Notes under the pieces: generated by a model
Databases searched by the model: none
The model's input: the letters and a program-made list of their open reading frames with translations, nothing else
What the model was told of the DNA's origin: nothing
In this document: piece after piece, positions 22,314 to 33,737 of the stretch
Position numbering within the stretch: position 1 is the stretch's first letter
Layout of the letters: the number at the start of each line of letters is the position of its first letter
Made by a program: the position numbers and the translations under genes
Assembly: GCA_013416795.1 (NCBI GenBank)
Contig: RQSC01001079.1
Coordinates: 76,629-140,628, forward strand
Direction of reading: 5' to 3'
DNA length: 64,000 nt
Origin: Prasinococcaceae sp. CCMP 1430
Lineage: Eukaryota; Plantae; Prasinodermophyta

Positions 22314-24281
22314 CTAGTTGACAAGGCTGCGCTCCAGCGCGAACCCCTCGCTGCGGTCGGACGGGATGCTGTTCTGCTCGAGGATCTCCTTGGTGGAGGC
22401 CTGCACGTCCTTCGCTTCGAGCACGATGATCTCATTCTGGTCGAGGACCATTTCTATGTACTCATCACCGTTCGCCAGCGCGGCGTCAACGAGCTCGACA
22501 ATGTGGCGCAGATTCCGCACCCGCTGGCCCTGGCACATTTCCACTGCCGCATTGGTCACGTGCTCGTACCCCAGGCTGATTTCGTGCGCCAGCACCTTGC
22601 TGAGGAGAACCAGCTCCTCGTCCTCCGTCGAGCGCATCCCGTGAATCATTCGCTCCACGAGGTTCACTGGCGCCTCAAACGTGAAATCGTCGCCGTACTC
22701 GGCGCGAAGATACGCTATTGGGAGCGGTGCAGGTGGCCGCAGTCAGTACGTGGCGGAGCGACGCACCGCACGCTCTGCGCAAGACACACGCGGGCACGCA
22801 CCTTCTGTGCACTTTGTGAACACGAGCCCCGCGCAAACGAAGTACGGGGGCATTGGGGTGTCTATGTGCGCCGGCACGACGCGATCGATCACGCGCGTCG
22901 CGATCTCAGTCTGTCGCATGACGCCGTCCCTGCTGAAGCTCACTTCTACGGTCTCGCCAGCGAACTTGTTCATGAGGCACACGGTGCAGCCTATCCGCTG
23001 GCCAGAGCGAAACGGGATGGTGCCGTCGCTCGCAATCTCAACTCCGTCATAGGCATGCAAGACATCCCCCGGCTGAAGCACGCCCGCCGCTCCCCCGGTG
23101 GGCTCTACACGCTGCACTAGCACGCCCTTGCCTCCCTCGGGCAGCTTCTGCCTCCGCCGCAGCGCGGCATTCTCCATGTTCTGCAGCTGCAATCCAAGCC
23201 GCGGGAAACCCGTGTACTTGCCATGGCGATGGTAATCGGTAAGGAAGTGCCGTATGATGGGCGTGGGAATACTGTTGTAGCCCGCCCCGGAGACACACGA
23301 ATGCGCGCACGCGCACACACGCGCACGCACACACACACGCCAACACGCACGTTTGCATTGTCAAGAATGCGCGGCCAGCTGCTGTCAGCGCTCGCAGGCA
23401 CGCCAAGACGCGCACGGACACGCTGGGAGGGGCGCGCTGTCAGGGATGAGGTGCGCGCCGATGCTGACGCACATGTAGCCCACGTTTTCGGCGTCGTCTC
23501 CGGCGAGCGATTCGAATGCGATGCCGACCACCTCGCCGCCCTCATTGAACACCGGCCCGCCGCTGTTCCCAGGGTTAATGGCGGCGTCAATCTGCACACT
23601 GAGTAGCTCGTGGCCTGCGAGCGAGTACGGCGTAATTTCGACTCGGCTCACGACGCCACGCGTGACGCTGAGCGTGTCGCCACCGACGGGGTACCCCACC
23701 ACCAGCACGGTGTCTTCCAAGAAAGGCAGGCGGCCTAGGATCAGCGGCTCCTTGTCGCGTGTCGCGCCCGCCTCCCCGTCCAGCCAAAACCCGTCGTCGT
23801 CGACGGTGAGCAACGCCATGTCGCACTCCTTGCCCTCCGTGAGCACGCGCGCGAGGTAGCTCCTGTCGTCGCCGCGGCGCTTGACGCGTACCTGCGTCGA
23901 GTGTTCCACCGAGTGCGCGTTGGTGAGCAGCAGCCTCCCGGGAATGACGAAGCCACTCGACGTGGACGTCGTTTGCCGCTTGCGCTGCCACGGCAGCGAG
24001 AAGTCCGGCTCCGCGTGCGTGGCCATGACCTTCACGACCGCGTCGAGCCAGGGCGCCTCTGCCTCGCCGCCTTCTTCGCTGTGCATGCGCTCGCGGGGGC
24101 TCTCCCCCGTCTCGTACTGCCATCCGAGCAGCTCCTCCGCGCCCGGTGCCTCGTCGACGGCGAGCTCACCCGGGCCGCCGCTGGCGCCACCGTCGCCGCG
24201 CGCGCCCTTGCGGTAGAAGTTGTGCGGGTGGGCCTCTTCGAGGCCAATCATGCCATCGGCGCGGCGCGCGACGCCCGCCAT
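22314..24281 (-). CDS. Deg/HtrA serine protease with PDZ domains, Deg2/Deg9-like (exons 24281-23473, 23271-22802, 22714-22314)
   Basis: Catalytic triad LTNAHSV / ECDMALL / GNSGGP; YI|IPTPII; PDZ regions; EA|YLRAEYG...FEAPV. Confidence 0.95.
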
Positions 24282-24583
24282 TGCGCCGAGCCTCCCCCCG
24301 CCTCCGCCCCTCCACCCCAGGCCACCCGCGGGCGCGCGTGTGGCGCGCGCGTGCGCGGGCGCTCCTTGCCTACTTCATACGCGAACGTGCGTGCAGCGCA
24401 CCCAATGCATTTTGATACGAATTCGTATGGGTTACACATTTGAGGTAAATGTGTAAGTGATAGGGTCTGGGCGGTTCCCCGAGCGCTGATTTCGCGAGCG
24501 CTCGTGGCGCGGGCCGGCAGCGCGCGCACAGGGCGCCGCCCCGCGCCGCCAGGCGGGCCGAGGGCGCCCCTGGCGCACGCGCA

Positions 24584-25688
24584 TCAGCGCTTCTGGCTCT
24601 GCAGTATGAGCGAGTACGGGTAGGCTTTCCCCCCGTCGTTGGGCAGGGCGGGCTCGCCCACCCAGCGAACGTCGAAGCCCGCGGCAACGAGCATGTTGAT
24701 CCAGCTGCCGAAGGCCATCGCTTTCCACCCGGCACCTGACGCGACCTCTTCGAGCGTTGGATGCGCGTCTAGCAGGATCAGCGTGCCTGAGGGGTTGGGT
24801 GCGGTGGAATGGGGCGGGATGATCGCGGTTGAGGGGGATGGAGGGCATGCCGGGGACGCGCCGTCGGCGCGGGCGTGCAGACGAAGTGTCGGTCAGCCGT
24901 GGCTCAGATGAGAAGGGCGGGCCGAACGCGCGCAGGCACCTCGCGCCGCACCTCCGGGTTTGAGCGCGGCGTGCGCCTCCTTCAGCACCTGAGTGGGATC
25001 GTTGACGCCGCCAAGCACCCAAGGCGCCATCACGAGGTCAAACACGCCAGCCCTGCATTCGCGTCGCGCGCGCATGCGAGCGCAGATAGCATGTCAGCGC
25101 TTCTCATTGGGCACGCGCGCAGAGGGGATGGGCTGGGTGGCACAGAGCGTGCATGGGCAAGAGAAAGGTGCTCAAGGGAGGGGAGGGAGGATTAGAGAGG
25201 CGGGGGCGCCGCGCGCAACGTACTTGATGCCCGAGTCGCGGTGCTCGCTCAGGAGAGGCGACAGGTTGGACGCGTCGCAGCACGAGACGGCGACGCGCGG
25301 CGGCGGAGAGGCGCGGTACCGACCCGACGATTGCAGCGTCTGCCACGCCTCACCCCGCACACGCGCAACCGTGCCACTGTCTGCATCCACGCCCGCCGCG
25401 AGGACCGCGCCGGACTGCAGCGCGACGGATACCAACGTCGCCTGACCCGGCGCCCCGCAGTTGAGATCGAGAAACGCCCACCCCTTTGCTTTCGATCCGC
25501 CTGAGGTCTTCTGCTGGCCGCCGAAGTCGTCGGCGAACGCACGCACGAGGTCCACCACGCGGCGCTCGGCATCCGCCGCCGCGGCGGGCCACGCATCGAG
25601 CATGCCGCGCGCTGCGGCCGCTTCCCAACTGCCGGCGCGCGGCGATGCGCCGCAGCGGCACGCTCCTGCGGCGGCTCGCGGCGGCGGC
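24584..25688 (-). CDS. Class I SAM-dependent methyltransferase (exons >25688-25224, 25052-24952, 24786-24584); 5' end crosses the gap
   Basis: Motif I FLDLNCGAPG; CCDASNL; FDLVMAPWVL...DPTQVLKEAHAALKPGG|TLIL. Three canonical GT-AG-joined exons. Confidence 0.75.
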
Positions 25689-25958
25689 NNNNNNNNNNNN
25701 NNNNNNNNNNNNNNNNNNNNNNNNNNNNNNNNNNNNNNNNNNNNNNNNNNNNNNNNNNNNNNNNNNNNNNNNNNNNNNNNNNNNNNNNNNNNNNNNNNNN
25801 NNNNNNNNNNNNNNNNNNNNNNNNNNNNNNNNNNNNNNNNNNNNNNNNNNNNNNNNNNNNNNNNNNNNNNNNNNNNNNNNNNNNNNNNNNNNNNNNNNNN
25901 NNNNNNNNNNNNNNNNNNNNNNNNNNNNNNNNNNNNNNNNNNNNNNNNNNNNNNNNNN

Positions 25959-26043
25959 CAAGCTGGTCGGCATCGCGATCGTGCTCGGCCTGGCCGTGCT
26001 CGCATATATTTTCATTCAGAACATGGTGGGGAAGGGTCGATAG
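25959..26043 (+). other. 3' end of a small bacterial membrane-protein ORF preceding nuoF (foreign sequence)
   Basis: KLVGIAIVLGLAVLAYIFIQNMVGKGR*; its TAG abuts the next ATG, with GGGAAGGG about 8 nt upstream, as in an operon. Confidence 0.6.
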
Positions 26044-26221
26044 ATGCTCGCGGATAAGGACCGCATCTTCACCAATGTCTACGGTTTCCAGCCGTGGAAC
26101 CTGCCGGCTGCCCAGAAGCGCGGCGATTGGGACAAGACCAAGGATCTGATGTCGATCGGCCAGGACGCCATCATCGACAAGATCAAGGCGTCGGGCCTGC
26201 GCGGCCGCGGCGGCGCGGGCT
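26044..26221 (+). other. nuoF: N-terminal 59 codons of an alphaproteobacterial NADH-quinone oxidoreductase subunit F; probably a chimeric contaminant
   Basis: [20 protein letters not shown]...RGDWDKTK...[13 protein letters not shown]. No targeting peptide, and the match breaks off where FPTG is expected. Confidence 0.9.
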
Positions 26222-26445
26222 CGTGTGACGTGGCGGCGCACTCGCACGCAGGCGGGCGGGCGGGTGGGCAGGGGGTTGCCAAGGGGGGCGCAGGGGGTCG
26301 CATTGGCGAAGGGCGAAGCGCCGAGCCCGCAGGAGAGCGGTTCGGTGCGCGCGCACGGAAGCGTCGCGTCGCTGACTCCTCTGCGCCGCTCGCGCGTGCT
26401 CCGCGTGCTGCGCGCAGGACGCGCGCTCGAACGCGCGCGCGAGGG

Positions 26446-27038
26446 ATGGCGACCATCGCCGCCGCCGCGGCGCGGCGCGTGACAGCCAACAGGCCGCGGC
26501 CTGCCGCCAGGGGGCCGAGGCGTGCGCGTGCTGCCGCGAGCGAGGGGCTCGGCAAGGTGGTGAGCGACGACGGCAACGTGTCGATGCTCTCGAGCGCCGA
26601 CGACTTCGACAAGGCCATCGCGGCCGCGGGTGACAAGCTGGTCGTGGTCGACGTGGCCACGACGACGTGCGCGCCCTGCAAAACGATCTACCCGAAGGTT
26701 GTCGCCTTGTCGAAGGAGTTCGAAGAGGTCGTCTTCCTCAAGATCAACGGTGCGTCCCGGCGCGCTTTGCGCGCGACTCACCCCCGCCAGCGAGAGCCCG
26801 CGCGTGCTGCCGGCACCCGGCGTCGCCGTGCGCTCTGCTGACGCGCTCACGTCCCCTCGTCGGTTGCGTAGGCGACGAGAGCGCGGAGACGCGCGCGATC
26901 ATGAAAGAGTGGGGCGTGCGGTCCGTGCCCCAATTCCGCTTCTTCCGTGGCGGCGAGCTCGTGCACAGCCACACGGGTGCCAACGAGGAGAAGCTGCGCG
27001 ACAACCTCGCCAAGCACATGGCGATTACCAGCGCGTAG
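26446..27038 (+). CDS. Plastid thioredoxin-like protein with atypical TCAPC active site (exons 26446-26749 and 26872-27038)
   Basis: Arg/Ala-rich transit peptide; [19 protein letters not shown]; VFLKING|DE...[15 protein letters not shown]. Confidence 0.88.
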
Positions 27039-27284
27039 GCGCCGAGAGGATGGCCCGGGGCAGGGCTCTAGAACTCAGAAGGAGAGCGCGAATCGCGGCC
27101 GCCGCAGCCGCGGAGGTATTGTACACATAGAGCTGTTTTTTTTATGGCACACTCGCGGCGCGCGGAGACTATCGCGTGCGGGGCACGCGAGAGTTGACGA
27201 GTGGTGTCATACAATTGGTGGCGCTCGTGCGTCTGCAAGTGGCCGTCGCGGAGGGTGGGTCGCTGCTGCTCGCTGCTGCCGCGC

Positions 27285-28745
27285 TCATTGTCCCGCCGCA
27301 AGCGGCTCTTTTTGGTGCGCGTTGCGCAGCTGGCCGCACGCCGCCGCGGCGTCGAGCCCGCGGCTCGCGCGAATGGTGCAACCGAGCCCCGCGCGCTCCA
27401 GCCGCCGCTGAAAGGCCTTGACGGCGCCCGGAGCAGGACGCTGCGCCGACGCGCGCGTTGGTTCGCGGGTGCGAGCGCGCGCGTCAGCATAGCCGCGAGC
27501 GATGTGCGTGCGCGCCCGCGCGCCCGCGCCCGCGCGCGCGCACACACACACACTCACCTCAAACTCGGCGCCTTCGACGGCGTTCCAAGGGATGAGATTG
27601 ACGTGCGACCCACCGTGGCCCGTCTTGCGCAGGATCTGCACGAGCTCCTCGGCGTGTTCCACCTGGTCGTTGACGCCGCCGAGCAACGCGTACTCGAAGC
27701 TCACGCGGCGGCGCGTGACGGCAAAGTACTGCGCGCAGTCCTGCAGCAGCGCCTCGATGGGGTATGCGCGCGCGCTGGGAACGATCCTCTCGCGGAGCGC
27801 CTGATTGGGCGCGTGGAGCGAGACGGCGAGCGTGCACTGCAGATTGGCCTCGGCGAGCATGCGCAGCGTGTTGGGCACCCCCACCGTGCTAATAGTGATG
27901 TGCCGAGCGCCGATGCCCACATCCTCGTTGAGCGCGCGCACGGCGGGCAGCACGTTGCGCAGGTTGAGGAGTGGCTCGCCCATGCCCATGAACACGACGT
28001 TCGACACGCGCCTGCCGAACTGCTCCTCCACCGTCAGCAACTGGTCCACGATCTCGTGCACGCCCAGGTTGCGCGCGAAGCCCCCCTTTCCCGTCGCGCA
28101 GAAGGTGCACCGCAGCGGGCAGCCGACCTGCGAGCTGACGCACGCCGTCAGGCGCTCCTTCTCACCGCGCAGCGAGGGGATGCCCACCGTCTCCACCAAG
28201 CGGTTGTCCTCCAGGCGCATGAGGAATTTCTTGGTGCCGTCGGCCGACTCGACCTTGGTGTGCACGGGGTTGCGCCCGATGCGCAGCCCACTCTCCGAGA
28301 GCTGCTTGCGGAGGTCCTTAGAGAACGTGGTGACGTCGTCGAGATCAGCCGCTCGTTGCGCGTAGACGGCGTCGTACAGCTGCTTGGCGCGGAACGCAGG
28401 GAGGTCCGGCGCGGCACGTTTGAGAGTGGCCTTGATGCCGTCCTTGTCCATGCCCAGCAGGAACATATCCTTGTCCTTGTCCTTGTTCTTGCCCTTCCCT
28501 TTGCCTTTGGAGCCCTTGCCCACAACCAGCGGGGGGCTGAGCGCCGCGGCAACGAGCTCCGCGTCGGTCTTCGTCCACTTGCCGTCACGCACGCCCTTCT
28601 GCCTTGGCACCTCCTGCGTCGGCGACCCCGCGGGTGGCACAGGCACCGACGAGGCAAACCTGCCGCCCGCGCCTGCGCCCGCGCCTGCGGCCGCCGCGGC
28701 CCGCGCCGCAACAGGCAGCCGCATTGGCGCGAGCGCTGCGCGCAT
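27285..28745 (-). CDS. rlmN: Organellar radical-SAM dual-specificity RNA methyltransferase RlmN (exons 28745-27558 and 27440-27285)
   Basis: [60 protein letters not shown] and AAACGQL. Confidence 0.96.
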   Translation of the reverse strand: MRAALAPMRLPVAARAAAAAGAGAGAGGRFASSVPVPPAGSPTQEVPRQKGVRDGKWTKTDAELVAAALSPPLVVGKGSKGKGKGKNKDKDKDMFLLGMDKDGIKATLKRAAPDLPAFRAKQLYDAVYAQRAADLDDVTTFSKDLRKQLSESGLRIGRNPVHTKVESADGTKKFLMRLEDNRLVETVGIPSLRGEKERLTACVSSQVGCPLRCTFCATGKGGFARNLGVHEIVDQLLTVEEQFGRRVSNVVFMGMGEPLLNLRNVLPAVRALNEDVGIGARHITISTVGVPNTLRMLAEANLQCTLAVSLHAPNQALRERIVPSARAYPIEALLQDCAQYFAVTRRRVSFEYALLGGVNDQVEHAEELVQILRKTGHGGSHVNLIPWNAVEGAEFEVSVCVCARAGAGARARTHIARGYADARARTREPTRASAQRPAPGAVKAFQRRLERAGLGCTIRASRGLDAAAACGQLRNAHQKEPLAAGQ

Positions 28746-29265
28746 GTGCCGTGCGTGTGAGGCGCGCACGTCGCCGCCACGCGTCGCCGCTGGGCGCAGC
28801 GGCGCCAGCGCCCGCGCGCAAGCNNNNNNNNNNNNNNNNNNNNNNNNNNNNNNNNNNNNNNNNNNNNNNNNNNNNNNNNNNNNNNNNNNNNNNNNNNNNN
28901 NNNNNNNNNNNNNNNNNNNNNNNNNNNNNNNNNNNNNNNNNNNNNNNNNNNNNNNNNNNNNNNNNNNNNNNNNNNNNNNNNNNNNNNNNNNNNNNNNNNN
29001 NNNNNNNNNNNNNNNNNNNNNNNNNNNNNNNNNNNNNNNNNNNNNNNNNNNNNNNNNNNNNNNNNNNNNNNNNNNNNNNNNNNNNNNNNNNNNNNNNNNN
29101 NNNNNNNNNNNNNNNNNNNNNNNNNNNNNNNNNNNNNNNNNNNNNNNNNNNNNNNNNNNNNNNNNNNNNNNNNNNNNNNNNNNNNNNNNNNNNNNNNNNN
29201 NNNNNNNNNNNNNNNNNNNNNNNNNNNNNNNNNNNNNNNNNNNNNNNNNNNNNNNNNNNNNNNNN

Positions 29266-31704
29266 GCGGGCGCGGCGCCGCCCCGCGCGCCGCTGCGGCT
29301 CGCCGAGGGGCGCGACGCGTACGCGGCGCTCGGCGTCCACCCGCGCGCCTCGCAGGCGGACCTCAAGAGGGCGTACAAGGCGCTCGTGCGCGAGTTCCAC
29401 CCCGACAAAAACCAGGACCCCGCCGCGGCCGATCGCTTCATGGAGGTGCAGAAGGCGTGGGAGGCCGTCGGGGAGGAGGCGAAGCGCGAAGCGTACGACG
29501 ACAGCAAGCGCCAGCGGCAGCACCAGCACCGCGCAGACCGCGGTGGCGCGCGCGGCGCGCGCGGTGGCGGCTTCGGTGGGTTCGAGTCGCGCGAGTTTGC
29601 GCGCACCGAGGCGATCCCGAGCGAGACCGTCACGCTCACAAAGGCGAGCTTCGCGCGCACGGTGCTCGGGCCGCGCTCGGGCGCGTGGCTCGTGCAGGTG
29701 TACGCGGACGCGAGCGCGGAGTGCCAGCGCCTCGCACCGCTGTGGGAAAACGCTGCACGCTCACTGCAGGGAGCCGTGCACCTCGGACGCGTCGACGCCA
29801 AGGCGCAGTACGCGCTCGCCGCGCAGCTCGCCGGAGGCCGCGAGCTGCGTCCAAACAGCCTGCCGATCGTGGTGGCGTTTGCCGAGGGCTGCCGCGACGC
29901 GGCGTGCGGCGTGCGGCTACGCGGCGCCGAGCGCGGCGGGCTCAAACTGGATGCGCTCACGGCATTCGCCATGGACGAAGCGGCCATGCTCGATGCCGTG
30001 CCGGAGGTGACCCTCGAGAGCGTCGCAAATCAGCTGCTCGAAGCGACGCCGGAGCACAAGGTGCGCGTGCTCGTGGTGACGACCAAGGCCGGCAGCGGGT
30101 CGGGCGGAGGCTCGGTGAAGCTCCGTCGGCTGGCGACCGAGCGCCGCATGACGCACGCGTTCGCCGTCGCCCGCTATCGCGAGGCAGACGCGGCGCAGTG
30201 GCGCAAGAGCTTTGGCATCCGCTCAGCGCCAGCCATCCTCCTCCTTCGCGAGGAAGGCGAGGAGCCGTATGTGCATCACGGCGCCGCCTCGTACGAGGAG
30301 CTGGTGGCGCTCCTCTCGGAACACGGCTCGTTGGCCCTGCCGCCGCTGCGGAGCGCAAGGCGCGCGCTCTGGATGGGATGCGACGCATTCGGTGAGAGTG
30401 CAAGCGACGAGGCATCCGACGCGCGCGTGTGCCTGGTCCTCGTGGCGCGCGCGGGCGACAGGGAGGCGAAGGCGGCACGCAGGGCGCTGCGCGGGGCGCG
30501 CTCGCTTGCTGTCATTGAAGGCGAGAGCGCGGGTGTAGGAGCAGCTCTCGAGCGTCGCGAGCTTGCGTTTGCGTGGCTCGATGCGGACGTGCAGATCGAC
30601 GCCGCGCGCGCGCTGTTGGAGCTCGCCGGGCGCAAAGGCGGCGTCCCTGGTTCCGGCGGAACGCCGACCCTCGTGGCCCTGTGGCCCGCCTCCGGCACGG
30701 TCGAGGCGTACGGGCCAGCGATTGCCGACACGCGCACGGGCCGTGCGGCCATCCTCGCGTTTGCGCACCTTGCGCTAGGCAAAAGCGAGCAGGGCTTGCG
30801 TGTCAAGGGCGGCCGCCTCCCCGCGCTGGTCGACCAGGACGAGCCCACTTCACTCGAGCGCCTCGCCGGCCGGCTGCGAGCCGCCCGGCGCGCCGTGGTC
30901 CGCCGCGCGATGGGGATCGCCGAGGACGCCGTGGCGGGCCAGGGCGGCTGGCTTGTGCCTGTCGGCGGCGCCATCCTCGTCCTTCTGCTGCCACGCATAC
31001 TCGCGGCGCCGAAGTCGCCCGAGCAGAAGCGCAGGGAGGCTGCCGCCAAGGCGCCACTCGTGCCCGGCAAGCTGCGCGTGCTGAACACGCAGACGGAGAG
31101 GCTTATCCCCAAGCGAGGGGTGTACGTGGCCGTCATTGTCAAGCCCCCGATGCCAGATACGCCAGCTCCTGGCGTGGAGAGCGAGGATGGCGTGGAGCAG
31201 CAACAGCACAAACACCAGGCGGTCCTGCTCGCGCACATGCGCAGCGCACTCGAGCAGGGAAACCGGCTCGCGGAGCACTTCAAGGGCGAGAAGCGCGTGC
31301 GCGTCATGGGCGTTGACAGCAGCATGGCGCCTGGCTGGGTGCGCTTGGCGGATGCACTCAAAGAGGGTGCGGGCCTGGAAGGCGCCGCGCACGGCCACCA
31401 GGCCAATCCCGGCCAGAAGGTCGTTCCTTACCTGGTCACGGTGTGGCACCCAAGCCGCACTAAGGTCGCCGTGGTGGGACTGCTGCCCGAGGTGGACAAG
31501 ATGGGCAAATCAATGCCCGAGCTGACTGCGGCGCGCATCGAGCGCCTGCTAGACGGCAGTGCGACGTGGGTCCCGGCCAGCTGGCCGAAAGCGCCGCTGC
31601 CGAGGGACAGGGCGACGGTGAGCGGCAGCAAGGCGAGCGCACCTTCACCGTTGGAATCTCACCCCACCCCACGCGGGGCGGCGCCGGCCTCGGGCAACGG
31701 CTAG
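29266..31704 (+). CDS. J-domain + thioredoxin-like + TM protein (DNAJC16/ERdj-like); 5' end in gap
   Basis: DAYAALGV...DLKRAYKALVREFHPDKN...RFMEVQKAWEAV; Trx-like WLVQVY...ECQRLAPLWE...LGRVD; hydrophobic WLVPVGGAILVLLLPRIL. Confidence 0.85.
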   Translation, partial: AGAAPPRAPLRLAEGRDAYAALGVHPRASQADLKRAYKALVREFHPDKNQDPAAADRFMEVQKAWEAVGEEAKREAYDDSKRQRQHQHRADRGGARGARGGGFGGFESREFARTEAIPSETVTLTKASFARTVLGPRSGAWLVQVYADASAECQRLAPLWENAARSLQGAVHLGRVDAKAQYALAAQLAGGRELRPNSLPIVVAFAEGCRDAACGVRLRGAERGGLKLDALTAFAMDEAAMLDAVPEVTLESVANQLLEATPEHKVRVLVVTTKAGSGSGGGSVKLRRLATERRMTHAFAVARYREADAAQWRKSFGIRSAPAILLLREEGEEPYVHHGAASYEELVALLSEHGSLALPPLRSARRALWMGCDAFGESASDEASDARVCLVLVARAGDREAKAARRALRGARSLAVIEGESAGVGAALERRELAFAWLDADVQIDAARALLELAGRKGGVPGSGGTPTLVALWPASGTVEAYGPAIADTRTGRAAILAFAHLALGKSEQGLRVKGGRLPALVDQDEPTSLERLAGRLRAARRAVVRRAMGIAEDAVAGQGGWLVPVGGAILVLLLPRILAAPKSPEQKRREAAAKAPLVPGKLRVLNTQTERLIPKRGVYVAVIVKPPMPDTPAPGVESEDGVEQQQHKHQAVLLAHMRSALEQGNRLAEHFKGEKRVRVMGVDSSMAPGWVRLADALKEGAGLEGAAHGHQANPGQKVVPYLVTVWHPSRTKVAVVGLLPEVDKMGKSMPELTAARIERLLDGSATWVPASWPKAPLPRDRATVSGSKASAPSPLESHPTPRGAAPASGNG

Positions 31705-31891
31705 CGGCTGCCAGTGCAGGGTGGGCGGCAGTGCGCGCCAGCCGATTCAGAAACGCGCGCGCGCGGGTGACCCGCGCCCAGAAAACGATAATATGCACGC
31801 TGCACTGTGTGCTCCCCCTTTTGTCCTCCTGACGGAGGTCCACCGCCGTGTGTTTGCACGTGATTCGTGTGTATGTGTACAGATTTACCGC

Positions 31892-33208
31892 CTAGGGCGA
31901 CCTGAGAGTGTAGGCACCCAAACCGCTCGTGCCGCGCCGCGAGCCCGTGAGGGAACGGCCGCCGGGCGAGGCGACGCTCGAGGTGTTGTGCATGCCCAGC
32001 GTGCGCGTGGCGTTGCGAACGCGTCGCGCCGTCATGGTGGTGATTTCCACCTTGCGATCGAGGTCGGTGATCTTTTTCTCTAGGTCCTCCGCCTCCGCCT
32101 TGACGCTAATGTAGTCCATGATGGTGGGCACCTCCGGATTCGCTTGCTCAGCGCGCAGCGCGCGATTTGTGCGCTCGGCGGCTCGGATGTCCTTGTTCAC
32201 GCGCTCGATGTCGCTCTCAAATTTCCGCAGCTGACCCTCGCGCTCTTTTGTCTCGCGCGACAGCCGCGTGCCCTGCGAGGCCAGCGCCGCAAGCTTCCCC
32301 TTGAGCGAGTTGAGCGCCAGGACCGTCTTGCCAGTGGTCAGCTTGAGCCTGAGCAGCTCGTTGTTGCGCTCCTCTATGCGCTCTAGGTACTGCTGGTTTT
32401 CGATCTTCAGCTGGTCGAAGTCGATCACGTGAAGCATCTCGCCCTGCTCCTCTTTCTTGTGAAGCTGTGCCTCGCTCTTGGCGATCTGCGACTTTAGCGT
32501 CTTGTTCTTCCCGCGCAGCTTTTCTGCGTGCGCATCCTTGAGCCGCAGGCCGTCCTCTAGGAAGCGCGAGACTTTCTCGCTCTCTATCTTGCCCGTCCTA
32601 GAGTTCTCCCCCCCGAGAACCACGTCGCGCTTGAACTCGTAGGTGTTTTTCTTGGAGCCTGCGATGCGCAAGTCCTCCTCCTCGAGCAGCGCGCCAAGCG
32701 CGTCCTCCGCGCGAGTGCGCGAGGCGTCGAGGGCTGCGCGTGTTTCGCGCAGCGCCTCCACCTCCGCCACGACAATCTCCGCCTTCTGCTCGACGCTCAG
32801 CAGCTCACCCATGCGCCCGCCCTCTCCCACCTCCTCCACGGACCCGGCTGCGTGCGGCGCGACGCGATCGATGTACGCCTGCAGAAGGGCGTTCTCGTGC
32901 TCGAGGGAGGACACGGCCGCGCGCCGCTCCTCGGCCTCAGCGCGCACCGCCGCCAGCGCAGCCTCGTCTGACGCGGCAGCGACGGAGATCGACCCTTCGG
33001 GCGGCGCGGGCGACGGCGACTGCGCGGACGGCGACTGCGCCGAAGGCGACTGCGCCGAAGGCGACTGTGCCGACGGCGATGACGGCAACTGCTCCGACGG
33101 CGACTGCGCCGACGGCGACGGCGCCGACGGCGAAGGCGATGCCGCGCCCTCGCCGCCGTCCTCTGCCGCGCCGGCGCCGCCGCCGGCCGCCTCCGCCTCG
33201 GCCGACAT
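31892..33208 (-). CDS. CCDC113: Ciliary coiled-coil protein CCDC113/CFAP263 (DUF4201) with N-terminal SPSAQ repeats
   Basis: YEFKRDVVLGGENSRTGKI, LHVIDFDQLKIENQQYLERIEERNNELLRLK and PTIMDYI. Confidence 0.88.
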   Translation of the reverse strand: MSAEAEAAGGGAGAAEDGGEGAASPSPSAPSPSAQSPSEQLPSSPSAQSPSAQSPSAQSPSAQSPSPAPPEGSISVAAASDEAALAAVRAEAEERRAAVSSLEHENALLQAYIDRVAPHAAGSVEEVGEGGRMGELLSVEQKAEIVVAEVEALRETRAALDASRTRAEDALGALLEEEDLRIAGSKKNTYEFKRDVVLGGENSRTGKIESEKVSRFLEDGLRLKDAHAEKLRGKNKTLKSQIAKSEAQLHKKEEQGEMLHVIDFDQLKIENQQYLERIEERNNELLRLKLTTGKTVLALNSLKGKLAALASQGTRLSRETKEREGQLRKFESDIERVNKDIRAAERTNRALRAEQANPEVPTIMDYISVKAEAEDLEKKITDLDRKVEITTMTARRVRNATRTLGMHNTSSVASPGGRSLTGSRRGTSGLGAYTLRSP

Positions 33209-33737
33209 TGTGCTGCGGGCTCGCACCCGGGGCGGTGTAGGCGCACGCGCGCGCACACGCGCGCGCGCAGACACACGCGCGCACCCCCGCCCTCGCCCCC
33301 GCGCGCGTCCCAAAGCGGCGCGCTCGAAAAAAATTAAGGTCCTTCTCTGAGGGGCGATTTCGGATGCGTTTTGCCCTGCGTTCGTTCCCCGTCGTCGCAA
33401 CGCTCAGCTGTGCGCGCGCGCGCGCGTGCCGCGGGGGGTCCGCGGCGCGCGCCGCCGTCACGGCGCGCGCGGGCGGGCTCAAGCCCCCCCTCCCCCCCCC
33501 CTCATCCTCAGGACGCTCGCTTGGCCGAGGGCGCGCGCGGGGCGCCTTGGTTCGGAGGGGTTGGCTCGAGAGCGCGGGCGCGCCCGCGGGCGCGGCGGTG
33601 TCGCGGACGAACGGCGGCGCCGCGAACGACCCCGCCGGTCCTCACCGCGTGCGCGCGCAGGAGGGGCGCGAGCGGCGGCGGGGTGGAGGCGGACGCGGCG
33701 ACACGCGCGCGCAGCGGGGCCTCACAAGGGTCTGGCG

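Noticed and set aside
26044-26841. A nuoF-thioredoxin fusion protein, or the host mitochondrial NDUFV1 gene
   Set aside because: The ORF is a chance read-through from a bacterial fragment into the thioredoxin 5' region. The nuoF part is bacterial in sequence and operon context and stops after 59 codons.
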